DNA of 63,541 nucleotides, the filler included, from Globobulimina sp. (lineage: Eukaryota), in assembly GCA_003354225.1 (NCBI GenBank). It is 8 parts of 8 records of this genome, joined end to end, with 100 filler letters (N's around TTAATTAATTAA, not from the genome) between each part and the next. Parts side by side here need not be neighbours in the genome. Positions count along the whole stretch, not along the records: positions 8,012 to 15,899 come from PIVH01000112.1; positions 16,000 to 23,860 come from PIVH01000113.1; 6 more parts are not named here. One strand, 5' to 3'. A program made the position numbers and the translations under genes. This document shows, in pieces, positions 12,101 through 23,230 of the stretch (positions within the stretch are counted from its first letter, which is position 1; each line of letters opens with the position of its first letter). The notes under the pieces are model-generated. The model worked only from the letters and a program-made list of their open reading frames with translations, had not been told where the DNA came from and did no database searches.

Positions 12101-12974
12101 GATTTGAGGATTGAACATGTTTTCGTTTTTTACTTTTATTGTTTGGTTGGGATTGGGCTGGAATATATTCTTCAGATTCCTCATCAGCATAAATATTATC
12201 TTGTGAATCGTCGTCGGATAATTTAAACGATTTATATTTATGTGATATTATATTTTTTTGTCTTTGTGAGCGTCGTTTATTTGGTTTATTTGTTTTATTT
12301 GGTTTATTTTGGTTGTTATTGTTGTCATTGTTGTCATTGTCATCGATATCCATTTCTTGGACTTGGACAGAATCGTTTGATTTTTGCTCATTCTTAATTG
12401 GCAAATGTAATTTTAATGTATCTTTTTTTAATTTTTTCATCAATTTCATATTTTGTAAGGTGAAAGGTAATATTTTGTCAGTTTGAAGCCATTCAATTTG
12501 TCCGTCACAATCAACATTATAAATATATCCATTTTGAGTCAATTTCCTATCCAAAACTTTTGATTTATACAATAAATTTTGCCGGTAAATTAAAACAATT
12601 TCATTTATTGTAAATTCAAATAAGTTTGAATCATTTGATGTATTCATCGAAATCCCATTATTATTGTTGTTGTGGTTGTTGTTATTTGTTGTACTATGTG
12701 ATGGCGATGGTGATGGTGATAATGAACGTGAGAAATGATAATTTATTGCGGATTCAATATTTAAATCACATTTTTTTAAATAATCCAATAAAATAATATC
12801 GGATACATTGTTAATTATTGATGACAATGATGATAATTTCTGGGTAATATCTGAGATTGGAATACCTTAATTATTGTATAATATGCATTATCCACATTAC
12901 AGTGCGTGTAACATACCCCATAATTCAGCTATTTCTTGTTTTTTAGACTCTACCGCAGGGCTAACCGTCGCCAT
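9144..12974 (-). CDS. RAD5/RAD16-like SNF2 helicase with RING finger and N-terminal UBA-like and Tudor-knot-like domains; 4 exons joining the ORFs at 12974, 12000-12827, 11638-11970 and 9144-11660
   Basis: GGFLCEEMGLGKT, TLIIAPVSLVGQW, WLLTGTP, C3HC4 RING (CPICYE...CRHIFCAEC...CPMCR), QAINRVYRLGQ; three phase-compatible GT-AG introns. Confidence 0.85.
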
Positions 12975-13042
12975 TATAATTTTTTTTTTCACAAAAACTT
13001 CACAAAAAATCTTATAAAAACTGGTATTTTGTAAGTGTAACA

Positions 13043-13747
13043 ATGGCAGAGGAAAAACAGACAAACGAGGTTCACCCAGCAACTCACAAGACAGTGATTG
13101 TATTATTCCGCGGATGCATTGAACCACAAAAAGATATGGGAGCATGTAATCGAAACAATGATAACGAAGATGCAGATTATTTGACTGATATTAAATTGAT
13201 AACAGAATACGTTCAACTTAACAAAAGATACTATTATTTACATAAAATATGTAACATCAATAAATCGAATGATATGAAATGTGATGAATCATTACAAGAA
13301 ATTGAAAATGCCGCTAAATTCACCAAAGAAAACAATGGTATGATGCTACGGATATATTATACAGGTTTTGGTGAAATAAATACTGGAAATTGGTGTTTTA
13401 TGGATGGTGCAATCTCATTTGATCAAATCATGAATGTTGTAATTAAATATTGGAAGAAATCATGTTTCAGTTTAATGTCAGATTGTAGTTTCAGTGGAAA
13501 TTGGGCTATTCAGTTATTTAAATATAACAAACAACTCGATTTGGTGTACGTTCATTGTGCAACATATCCATATAAACCAGCACATTCACATAAAAATGGT
13601 AAAGGTGGCATATTTACATTATGGTGGACCGAGGAATTGGACAGAGGGAAAACAAAATTATTGCGGGATTGTAAAGCAAAAATTGAAGATAATCGCTATT
13701 CCATCGATTATTTTTCACCCAAAAGCAACGATGCACAATTTCATTGA
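13043..13747 (+). CDS. Caspase/metacaspase-fold protein, probably catalytically inactive
   Basis: LRIYYTGFG...GNWCF and LMSDCSFSGNW resemble the YYxGHG and DxCxSG clan CD motifs, with His and Cys replaced. Confidence 0.6.
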   Translation: MAEEKQTNEVHPATHKTVIVLFRGCIEPQKDMGACNRNNDNEDADYLTDIKLITEYVQLNKRYYYLHKICNINKSNDMKCDESLQEIENAAKFTKENNGMMLRIYYTGFGEINTGNWCFMDGAISFDQIMNVVIKYWKKSCFSLMSDCSFSGNWAIQLFKYNKQLDLVYVHCATYPYKPAHSHKNGKGGIFTLWWTEELDRGKTKLLRDCKAKIEDNRYSIDYFSPKSNDAQFH

Positions 13748-13810
13748 CATTAAATTGTGTATTTTGTACATAAACAAAAACGTAGAATGTTGTTTTGTGA
13801 TTGGCTGTAT

Positions 13811-14629
13811 TTATAATGAGTACGTTTGGTATATCTGAGCGTCAAACAGTGTCCGAGTTGCATAATTAACCAATTTCATTTCAGACAACTCGAATGGCTC
13901 ATATTCAACAATTTGTTTCCGGCATTCAAATAAAACATTTTCTATTTGCTTTCTTATCAGAAACTTATTATTCACATTGTTACATTCATAGAAATATCCA
14001 ACTACCACCTTTAAACTGTGCAGGTTTTCTTTTTCAAAATTCTTGATTTCAATAACATCGCTGTAGTTTGACAATGAGTGCTTGATTCGAATGAACAATT
14101 CTTTGCATGCTTCATTTTCAGGAACAAATTCAACGAAAATATTTCCAGATTCTCGAATTTTAATGTCACCCAATCTGACATTCACAGCATTTGTTTTCTT
14201 AAATTCTCCTATTTTTGTCAAAATGTAATTGGTTGCACTTAATATATCTTGTTTCTTAGTTAACCATTGTCCATTGAATTCCATTTCGGAATTTTTCGGT
14301 AAAATACTTGATATGAATGTGGCGTGAATATTATGCCTCTGAGGAATAAAATCATTTCCACTCAATATTGCTTCCAATTTGTTGATTGTATCTAATAAAA
14401 TCGAATGAAGCTTAGAATTTGGATGTTGTGCATCTATCATAAACACCAATGTTTGTCCAAATTGTCCATATTCTTTACTTTCTACATTTTTAATCATTTT
14501 GTTTTCGTCAATTGGAGTTTTATAGTTTTGATATAGTTCCTGTCTTAATTGACGTTGATAACCTTTGTACATCATCACAGTGCCAATTAATCCAACGGAA
14601 ACCGTAGCAAATCGTTTTAAAGCAGTCAT
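13811..14629 (-). CDS. Hypothetical protein with N-terminal membrane anchor; possible 2H-phosphoesterase-like fold
   Basis: 272-aa ORF; hydrophobic N-terminus; one HxT motif (IHATF). Confidence 0.5.
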   Translation of the reverse strand: MTALKRFATVSVGLIGTVMMYKGYQRQLRQELYQNYKTPIDENKMIKNVESKEYGQFGQTLVFMIDAQHPNSKLHSILLDTINKLEAILSGNDFIPQRHNIHATFISSILPKNSEMEFNGQWLTKKQDILSATNYILTKIGEFKKTNAVNVRLGDIKIRESGNIFVEFVPENEACKELFIRIKHSLSNYSDVIEIKNFEKENLHSLKVVVGYFYECNNVNNKFLIRKQIENVLFECRKQIVEYEPFELSEMKLVNYATRTLFDAQIYQTYSL

Positions 14630-14733
14630 GATCTCATATGTTCTATTTTAGCATATCCTTGCACTCCACCCACAATTTGAAGGGAGGCGCCGAAGGCCAC
14701 CTTTATGTGCGAGGATAGAAAGAATGCTCAAAT

Positions 14734-15630
14734 TTACAGTAATTGGAGCTTATCTTTTGCATACATTCCCAATATCAGTCTGTATTCTCTCTTACAATCA
14801 ACGTTATCAAAACAGATAATTTGCGGATCAAATCTCCAATAACCAGCGAATGAGTAATGTAATATTTTTCCATCTCTCTCCACAAAGTATTTCAAAATTC
14901 CATTTTTACTCCGCCTAACACCGCCACGTAAGTCCAAATGCATTGTAATGATATCATTTTTTTGAAATGCTGAATTTTCTCTCTTCTCTATTATATACCT
15001 TGCAAAATTAACAGATTTCAGTTTGTTATTCTGTGCAATTTTGAGAAATCTGGTACAAAATATAAATCCATATTTGTTTCCAAATTGCGCTGTTACATCA
15101 GCAAAATGACAGTGATTCGCTTTGATGATATCAATATTTTTGTTTTCAATAATACCAATAAATATTTGTGCGGTGTCAAATTCAGTTTCAGTGATTTTTA
15201 TTCTCCATGTCATTGACTCTCCGAATTCTACTCTGGTTTTCCCAAATAAATAATAATAGTCACCATTCGTTGCATTTACTCTCTCAACACATTGACTGTT
15301 GATTGGGTCCAGAATAAATTGTGCTTTATTACATTCACAGAAAGCATCTTTTCTGCATAGCCAATCTACAATCAATTGGGTGATATCTTGAGGCAATCTT
15401 TGTTTATAAAAACATCGAATGTATCCAAACACCAATACATGACTATTATCGCTGCTTTGTTTCAATAATGATAGCCTTTGTTGACTTATGTTACGCAGTG
15501 TTTGTCCAAATGAAGTATTGCATTTACGGCATATACCTTTCGTTGCAAATACTGTCGACACAATGGAGTCGATTCGCGTCAGTGTTTTGTTACTTAATTG
15601 GGATGGATGCAGGTTTATGCACAAATTCAT
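14734..15630 (-). CDS. F-box-like motif plus SPRY/B30.2-like domain protein
   Basis: LVFGYIR...LPQDITQLI motif; WRIKI...IFIGII...NDIITMHLDL...GILKYF beta-rich pattern. Confidence 0.6.
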   Translation of the reverse strand: MNLCINLHPSQLSNKTLTRIDSIVSTVFATKGICRKCNTSFGQTLRNISQQRLSLLKQSSDNSHVLVFGYIRCFYKQRLPQDITQLIVDWLCRKDAFCECNKAQFILDPINSQCVERVNATNGDYYYLFGKTRVEFGESMTWRIKITETEFDTAQIFIGIIENKNIDIIKANHCHFADVTAQFGNKYGFIFCTRFLKIAQNNKLKSVNFARYIIEKRENSAFQKNDIITMHLDLRGGVRRSKNGILKYFVERDGKILHYSFAGYWRFDPQIICFDNVDCKREYRLILGMYAKDKLQLL

Positions 15631-15999
15631 TTAATTGAAGAAATGTACATACCAAAAGTTGCAATAATACTCATCAAATGAAGCCGAGCTGTCTTGTCCC
15701 ATGAGACCAAGGTAGAATTGGTGTTAGTATTACTGAAAATTAATGCTAATTAACGTATTTTTAGAATAAAATTACGGAATTATGAAATTATAAACAAACT
15801 ATATTTGAAAGTGCTACTGCATGGAGGCGAATTTGAAACTTTCGAAAGTGAACAACAAAGTACAAAAAAAGTCAAAACTTAAATTCTACTCTTTGCTTAN
15901 NNNNNNNNNNNNNNNNNNNNNNNNNNNNNNNNNNNNNNNNNNNTTAATTAATTAANNNNNNNNNNNNNNNNNNNNNNNNNNNNNNNNNNNNNNNNNNNN

Positions 16000-16233
16000 A
16001 ACATCAGTTGTAAATGGTGATAAAATATCAAATAATAATATTAATATAAATAAATATAAGATATATTTGAATCGTGGTGAATATAAATGTTGTTGTTGTG
16101 TCCAAGTTGATAGCGATGATTCTGAAAAACTGAGCTTTGGAGATTGTTTATCGTTATGATTGTTTGTCTGATTTAATGACACGTTTCCATCAGAAACAAA
16201 CCTATTTACCTTACTATCTTTTTGAAACGACAT
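16000..16233 (-). CDS. N-terminal fragment of a type II membrane protein, truncated by the contig end
   Basis: ATG at 16233, then a hydrophobic helix YILYLFILILLF running into the linker. Confidence 0.45.
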
Positions 16234-16272
16234 GATCAAAACGAAAACGAAAAGAAAAACCTCGATTTGAAC

Positions 16273-17357
16273 ATGCCATGGACACAGGTAAACAAGTAAT
16301 ATATCTACAAATTAAAAAATAGAATACTGTAATATAAATAATACGCACAGCTTCATCCCTTCTATGGCTGGTTTATTGTACGTAGTTGGTTTAGCGGAAA
16401 TCTACATTCTTCTGCAGGTTTGCACACTGTTTATATCTATTAACAGAATGTATGATTTTATCTGCCAACCATACTGCAGTTTATTGGACCATTCTGTTTG
16501 GCTCAGTTTTCCCAGACCTGCCGCGACATTTGTTCCTATTGTACCGTATTTTTATATGCGATGAAGCATATTTCACCAATTTTGGGTGTAACGGTCAATT
16601 CATATATTTTGCAGAAAATTGGGTTCACTCCTTTCCACTCTCAATGGTTGGAACAATTGTTTCATATTTTATTTATTGTCGGATATCACACAAAACCTTG
16701 GCCCAGACATTTTATCCGTGTTTTCAAATCAAACGACATCATTCAAACTCATCAATTCCAATTCCAATAATGCATCCAACCGCAACTTTACTGCGAATTG
16801 ACGAAGAAGAAAAGCATAAATTGACAAATGAGGAAAGTATTTTATTGAAGCCGGCGGCATCAAATGTCGATATTCTCTCAGTCAAAACCTACAGTACGAT
16901 TCCCTCATTGACTCACAATAAATTGATAGGTCGCAGAGCAAATAGTTTTGAATATAAATTTGGCCATTGGTTAACATGTAAGAATTGTTGGTGCGATGCG
17001 CCGAGTTTGTGGAGAATGCTTACATACTTTTTTTTATCTGTGTTGATTCATTCATTGATAGATTTTCCACTCCATCATAGCAATGCGCATCAGCAATTTT
17101 TACCGTTTTCCACATTGGTTTGGAAATCACCACTCAGTTATTATGAATATAAATATTACGGTTATATTGTTGGTCCAATACTGTGTGGCATAGCCATGGT
17201 GCTATCGATTTGGATCTTTATTCATAAAAAAAATGATTGGAAAATTTATCATTTGAGTTATTATTATTTTTGGATGGTATTATTTGTGGCAAATGATATC
17301 TGGTGTTGTTATATAATTGTTGAATGCATCATGTTTGGATACAAAAAAGAAGAATAA
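16273..17357 (+). CDS. YdjM-like membrane-bound metal-dependent hydrolase; exons 16273-16287, 16351-16417, 16447-17357
   Basis: Spliced start MPWTQLHPFYG; motifs GSVFPDL, WVHSF, LIHSLIDFPLHHSNAH..FLPFS...SPLSYY. Confidence 0.7.
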
Positions 17358-17692
17358 TTTTGTATGCATATGATTGTGCAAAGTGTTAACATTTAGCAGT
17401 TAGCATTAACAGATTGTAAAGCAACACTTTCAATGCAGTGTCGTAATTCGGTTTATTTCTGTTTGATTTGGTCAGATGGACTATTTGGAGATTAGTGCAG
17501 TAAAGTTGTGATTTGTAAAATATCCACTCTATATATCATAACTTTGTCGTATTGATTTGCAAAGTTGTCTGTGATTGTACCTCACAAATAATATTATTGC
17601 GTGCACTTTTTTTTTCTACACTTTTTTTGTCAACTTTTTTCATTATGCAATTTTCAAAAAGCTAGTTTTGTCAACATTTTCTCTTCATTCCT

Positions 17693-19087
17693 ATGGATAA
17701 TGTTTGCTTGCCACAGCGCAATCAACTAACAAATCAATATCAAAGTAAAAAATTTAAAAATAAGCACGCACGCAGTAAATGGAGACATCACAGCCACAAG
17801 AAATATTATAAAAAACGTTTGTCAAATAAGAAAAGCAGAGCAGCTCTTACACATTTGACAATGGATTACGATGATGTATTATCTGAATCTCAACAGCAAT
17901 TAGAAGATAAATTCGGTAATATTGATTATTTCGAAAGGCCCGACAAAATATCTACGTATAAAAAGAGACAACAAAAATATCTTGTAACAAAAGACAAACT
18001 GATACAATTTGTGTCTGACGTAACATCCTCTGAGAAATCCAGTGATAATTGTTTTTTATGGGATTTGCAGCTACAAAATCACGTACAAAATTGTGATGGC
18101 AAGTTTCTTGATTGTAAAAATTGGGCAATCTATAAACTAAAATCAAAGTCATATATTGAACTATGTCGTACATTCGGCGAACATTTTGTAACCGGTATAC
18201 GTGCATTCTCATTCTCATTCCATCGATATCATTTTCTGAGCGATGATTATTATGAAACACTGAGTAAAACTTATTATATGGCACAATTGAAAGATACACC
18301 AACAGCGCGCTCTCCATCTTTGAATTATAAACAACAACGCAAATGTATCGAATTAAAGAATATGCATTGTCAACTAATATTTGGTCGGATTTATGCATTG
18401 GCTCAAACAGCAATAAATAAAACATTGCTGGCATTGTATGATTCAGTCCCTGTATTCCCTGCAGCGGTTTGTAACATAATTATTGATTTTATGAAGCCAT
18501 TTCCTCAAATCCCACCGAAGCCAAGCAATACATTTTATGATTCATGGTTCCATGCTAGAAACGATCAGTTTTATATGGTCTCTTATCCGATGAAATGGTA
18601 TTTGTCGAATATAGAATTACTTTATCCGTTGGAGTTTAACATTGGAGATTCATTTGGCGAGGCATGTACACGTATTATATTTGATGATGGCGATGTTTAT
18701 CGTAAGTTTGAGTTTGAGGATATTGGGATTGAGACTTCTGATGAATGTTTAAAAACATATTTATTAAAAGATGTATATCATTCATATAGACCGTCCTATG
18801 CGTATATGACAAAATTTGTTCTCGTTTGCAAACTGGTCCAAGTGGAACATAATAATGATTCATTGTTTATGTATGTTGATTTTGATGAACATGGAAGTAA
18901 AACAATTATTCTATCTAGATTTTGGATGGATTTATGGAGCAAAATTGAGTCGGATTGTATCAAAGCAGATTGTTACAATAACATAAAACTCTCTGCAAAA
19001 TATGGATATGGTTACGATAATTGTTGTAAGAATGAAGATGGATTGGCAATGGATTCAGAAGTTAACGTTGTGTATGAATATGACTGA
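17693..19087 (+). CDS. Hypothetical protein (464 aa), basic N-terminus
   Basis: Long ORF in AT-rich DNA; no family recognised. Confidence 0.6.
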   Translation: MDNVCLPQRNQLTNQYQSKKFKNKHARSKWRHHSHKKYYKKRLSNKKSRAALTHLTMDYDDVLSESQQQLEDKFGNIDYFERPDKISTYKKRQQKYLVTKDKLIQFVSDVTSSEKSSDNCFLWDLQLQNHVQNCDGKFLDCKNWAIYKLKSKSYIELCRTFGEHFVTGIRAFSFSFHRYHFLSDDYYETLSKTYYMAQLKDTPTARSPSLNYKQQRKCIELKNMHCQLIFGRIYALAQTAINKTLLALYDSVPVFPAAVCNIIIDFMKPFPQIPPKPSNTFYDSWFHARNDQFYMVSYPMKWYLSNIELLYPLEFNIGDSFGEACTRIIFDDGDVYRKFEFEDIGIETSDECLKTYLLKDVYHSYRPSYAYMTKFVLVCKLVQVEHNNDSLFMYVDFDEHGSKTIILSRFWMDLWSKIESDCIKADCYNNIKLSAKYGYGYDNCCKNEDGLAMDSEVNVVYEYD

Positions 19088-19459
19088 ATACATTTATGTA
19101 CAACGTACCAAATTTGAGTTCTTTAATTGCCACTAATAGTATCAACCAGAATTTTTTTTCTCATGCTCATTAGAGAATGTCCAACTAGCAGATTTTTACA
19201 ACCGTTACATTTAATTGCTTGCCAACAGCGCGGATTAATAATCTCGGTGGGTGTTAACAGTGTGCCTCATATGTATACCATGAAAAAACCTAAATTACCA
19301 AATTGAAAAATGTAATAATATATAGTTTCGACTTTAGAAAGATATTAATAACAATATAGCTATTAAAATAATTCAATATCATATGATGGTGTTGTGTTAC
19401 TAGTGTGAAACTGACTGACGTGTACTATCAGTTATTATGAGATAACAAAGTCACATTAA

Positions 19460-21211
19460 ATGAAAGAAGCATTGCAATCACTTGCTCGCAGAGCATCAAT
19501 CAACTCCTCGTCGTCATCCGTTTTAGAACCGATTTCTGATGAATTGGAATCAACCACTGATGAAATAGCAACGTTGTATGAAAGCGTTCGTAAATCACAT
19601 GCATTGTATCAATTAGGTCTCAATGAAGAAGGTGATAATCTTGAAAAGGAAAGCAGATATTTTAAATGTATACCTCCAGTGGTATCCGAATGTAGTCTCT
19701 TCTCAAAATGTGCGCAGCCGAACCTGGATTCTCGTCTATTTACCGGCGGCTCGGCCAAAGGTTCCATGATCAGACAATCACAGCGAAGGAGCACCAAAGC
19801 ACAGCGGAGAGCATCCAATTTACACTCATACAAAGCGAGAACAGATAGGTTTTCACAAAAATATGCAAAATTAGTATCCAATCAAACCTATAAATTAATA
19901 TCAATGTTCATATCGGTGGGCGCATTGTACACAAGAGATATCGTATACGCAATGATACCAAAGTCCGGCGATTTTATTGCATTGGATATAGTTTTATCCA
20001 TCGTATTTTTTTGGTTATTTCTAGAATTAGTATTATATTCTTTAACTCATTCAAATTAGTTTTTTACATTCTTTTTTTGGTTGGATTTAGTTGGTACTGC
20101 CTCCATTTTGATTGACATTCCATGGATTATGCTTGGAATTGGGTTGAATAACAATATATTTTTAATCGTGAAAGGTGGTAGGATGGGGAGAGCCGCTCGC
20201 GGTGCCGGATCAGTGCGATTTATAAAACTGATTAAAATGATTCGAATGATTAAACTATTTCGAATTGTACAATTATTTCGGAAGAAAAAATCAAAAAAAA
20301 AGCAAAGATCATCTGACTCGGACATAAATGCGATGATTTCCACCGAGGATGAAAGTGATAACCAGTTTGGGAATAACAGCAATGAAATTAAACCAACAAA
20401 AATGGGATCGTTATTGGCAGATCGTGTGACACAAAAAGTGATCTTAGGCGTTTTGCTATCTTTTCTAATATTGCCTGTATTTGATGTCGGTACAATGGAT
20501 CAAGGCGAGAAAACTTTCATTGCTTTGGAAGATTTGGAATATATTTATTCAAATCATCATAATATCACAAACGGAGTTGTAGCACAATCACATGTTACTG
20601 ATTACGATCATTCATTCGATACATTTACCAGTTATCATCCACAAATAATACGTTTGATGGTTGGGAGTAATGCCGGTGACGGATGGCAACAAATTGAAAT
20701 AGATTCGCCAAATAACAATTTACGTATTGAGGAAAAAGCGGAATTTTATACAGATTCCGGGGCATCAGTGGTTATTTTGAATGTACGTTCAAATGTTCAG
20801 GAAGAAGCCATATTAAATATATGTTTGACTACATTTATAATGTCAATATTTGCTATCGGCTCCTTTGTCATATCGGTGGATGCATTTATGTTGGTCTATC
20901 CGTTGGAATATTTAGTAATTGTTTTAAAGCGATTAACGTCAATTACTGTACATATGTACGAAGAGAATAATATTGAAAATAAGAAACATAATGCTCTACT
21001 TTCGCAAACTGATTTATTTAGCTCCATTATGCAATCTATGACTGATATATTTTATTCTGGCAAAAGAGAAAAATTATTTCTCGATTCATTGGAAACAACA
21101 GAACCACCAAATAATTGTGATGGAAAGCCAATAGTCGGACCGGTTGGTGTTACTTCTCATAATTGTATCACTATCGAAGAGAGTCAAGAAACGGAAAGCG
21201 ATGGTATTTGA
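19460..21211 (+). pseudogene. Voltage-sensor/ion-channel module resembling the N-terminus of channel-type adenylate cyclases; one in-frame TAG at 20057-20059; no cyclase domain
   Basis: Both ORFs share a frame; N*FFTFFFWLDLVGT, S4-like RMGRAARGAGSVRFIKLIKMIRMIKLFR, TKMGSLLADRVTQKVILGVL. Confidence 0.65.
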
Positions 21212-21352
21212 GTGATAGTTTTATTGTTTTATTTAATTAATAATAATTTTATTGTTTTACTTGTAACTTGTGAGATGTATATCAGACTATATCTTTTTAG
21301 ATCTGTTGGCTGAAGTTACTTGCCTCAGTTGCATGTCAACCTAAAAATAGAA

Positions 21353-23173
21353 ATGAAAAGCGCACACTTAGGATACAATAACATCTACGAACTTGTGTTT
21401 GCGTATATTTACTCGTGGGGACTAACCTTTGTCCAGGCACAATATCTTTATGAAGCGTCATTACCAATGAGAGAAAACCTCCGGGCATACAAAAATTGGC
21501 GTGTTTTTTTACCAAAAAGATGGTTCGGAATGCGGATCGATTTAAGCGATTGGCAATGGATAACATTTGATTATCATTTTCCAAAACAAATCATATTTTC
21601 AATTATTTACGTAATAATAATGCAGCTCTTTAAACGTTTTATAAAATGGACATTTAAAAAAAGATTAACGAATGAAAATCGATATCAAAACTTAACCAAA
21701 ATTATCAAAAATATCACCGATCTATACACAATAATCAACATTTTGTTTTGTTTTTATATGCATGGCACATCCACATTTTTTATGTTATTCATAATGTTGA
21801 TCACATATTTTATATCCATCAAAACGTACACTTTCTATTATTCAAATTTAATTTCATGGATTTGGAATCTATGCATTGCTGTTATTGTTGCCAAATATGA
21901 CCATTCTTATTTTGCATTTAAAGTCTTATTTCATCCGTCTTTGTCATGGATTGATGTTTGGATCCCTGTGAATATGCGATGGAATCAGACCTATCGTTTG
22001 ACAATGTTGAGATGCATTAGTTTTCAGATGGACTTAAGATCAAAATATTTGAATAACAAATTGTATAAATGTCCGTATAATGACAAGGAATATAAAGATT
22101 ACATTGAATTGGATGATTTTTCTTTAGTCAATTTTTTTGCATTCACTCTGTATACTCCCTTATTAATATCTGGCCCAATTATGTCATTTTATGATTTTAT
22201 AAATCAGTTAAAATGCAATCTATCATACGATAATCAGTCACCATTTTATGGGCGAGAATTATCATATAAATATATGATTATTTATGTGTTACGTTTTATA
22301 TTTTGTTGGTTTGTGTTTCAAGTCTGGCTACATTTCATATGGACGGCGGCCTTTATTAAATATGGATTTCCGGTGAAATACGAAGACTTAAACACAATCG
22401 AGGATTATAAGACGTATATGATTGTGTTATGCAGCTTTGGTTTCTTGCATTTAGCATTTATTTGGTTAAAGTTTTTAATCATTTGGAGGTATGCCAGGAT
22501 GTGGTGTTTATTTGATAGCATTGTGCCGGTGGAAAACATGCAATCCTGCTATGTAGCAACGACTTCAATCAGTCAGTTTTGGAAGAATTGGCATTCATCC
22601 TTTTATCTGTGGAATAAAAGATATATTTATATCCCTTTAGGTGGTTCCAAATATTCTGTAATCTTTGGTGGTAAACCTGGACAATCACATCCATTGTTAA
22701 AATATTTAAAATATGTGAATATTTTGGTTGTATTTGCATTTACTGCATTGTGGCATGGCGATTTTGGGGCGGCATTGTTAGTGTGGGGCAGTTTAATGGG
22801 CCTTGGAATGATACCGGAAATAGTAATACATCATTGGTATTGGACTACAAAGTTATCTGTTATTGTGTCAATACGAAGTAATTCATATTTAAACAGATAT
22901 ATTCATGCATTTTTTGGTGGAGTGAACGATATCATGTTAATAAGTGCCAATATGATTGGTTATGGTCCTGGATTTTATGCAATAATCGATATTTGGAAAA
23001 CATTGCTGTCGACTTCTTCAGGATGGTATGTTTTACTGTGGGGAGTTTCGTGGGCGAGCATTGGAAATCTTATGATTATTCACATGAAATATATGCAGTC
23101 CAAGAAACTATTTACATCAATATCCATCACGGACTTTCAGCCTGATGAAAAAGAGAAGAATTTGCAGGATTAA
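21353..23173 (+). CDS. GUP1: MBOAT O-acyltransferase, GUP1/HHAT family
   Basis: LTMLRCISFQMD, YTPLLISGPIMSF, WLKFLIIWRYARMW, FWKNWHSSF, ALWHG (catalytic His). Confidence 0.9.
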   Translation: MKSAHLGYNNIYELVFAYIYSWGLTFVQAQYLYEASLPMRENLRAYKNWRVFLPKRWFGMRIDLSDWQWITFDYHFPKQIIFSIIYVIIMQLFKRFIKWTFKKRLTNENRYQNLTKIIKNITDLYTIINILFCFYMHGTSTFFMLFIMLITYFISIKTYTFYYSNLISWIWNLCIAVIVAKYDHSYFAFKVLFHPSLSWIDVWIPVNMRWNQTYRLTMLRCISFQMDLRSKYLNNKLYKCPYNDKEYKDYIELDDFSLVNFFAFTLYTPLLISGPIMSFYDFINQLKCNLSYDNQSPFYGRELSYKYMIIYVLRFIFCWFVFQVWLHFIWTAAFIKYGFPVKYEDLNTIEDYKTYMIVLCSFGFLHLAFIWLKFLIIWRYARMWCLFDSIVPVENMQSCYVATTSISQFWKNWHSSFYLWNKRYIYIPLGGSKYSVIFGGKPGQSHPLLKYLKYVNILVVFAFTALWHGDFGAALLVWGSLMGLGMIPEIVIHHWYWTTKLSVIVSIRSNSYLNRYIHAFFGGVNDIMLISANMIGYGPGFYAIIDIWKTLLSTSSGWYVLLWGVSWASIGNLMIIHMKYMQSKKLFTSISITDFQPDEKEKNLQD

Positions 23174-23230
23174 TGACAAAAGACTTGCACTTTAAATACT
23201 TTATAAACAATGTGTTATTGTGCTGAAGAA

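Noticed and set aside
20057-20059. Genome-wide TAG reassignment
   Set aside because: Only one case; other long genes lack in-frame TAG and the amidase ends at AKL-TAG
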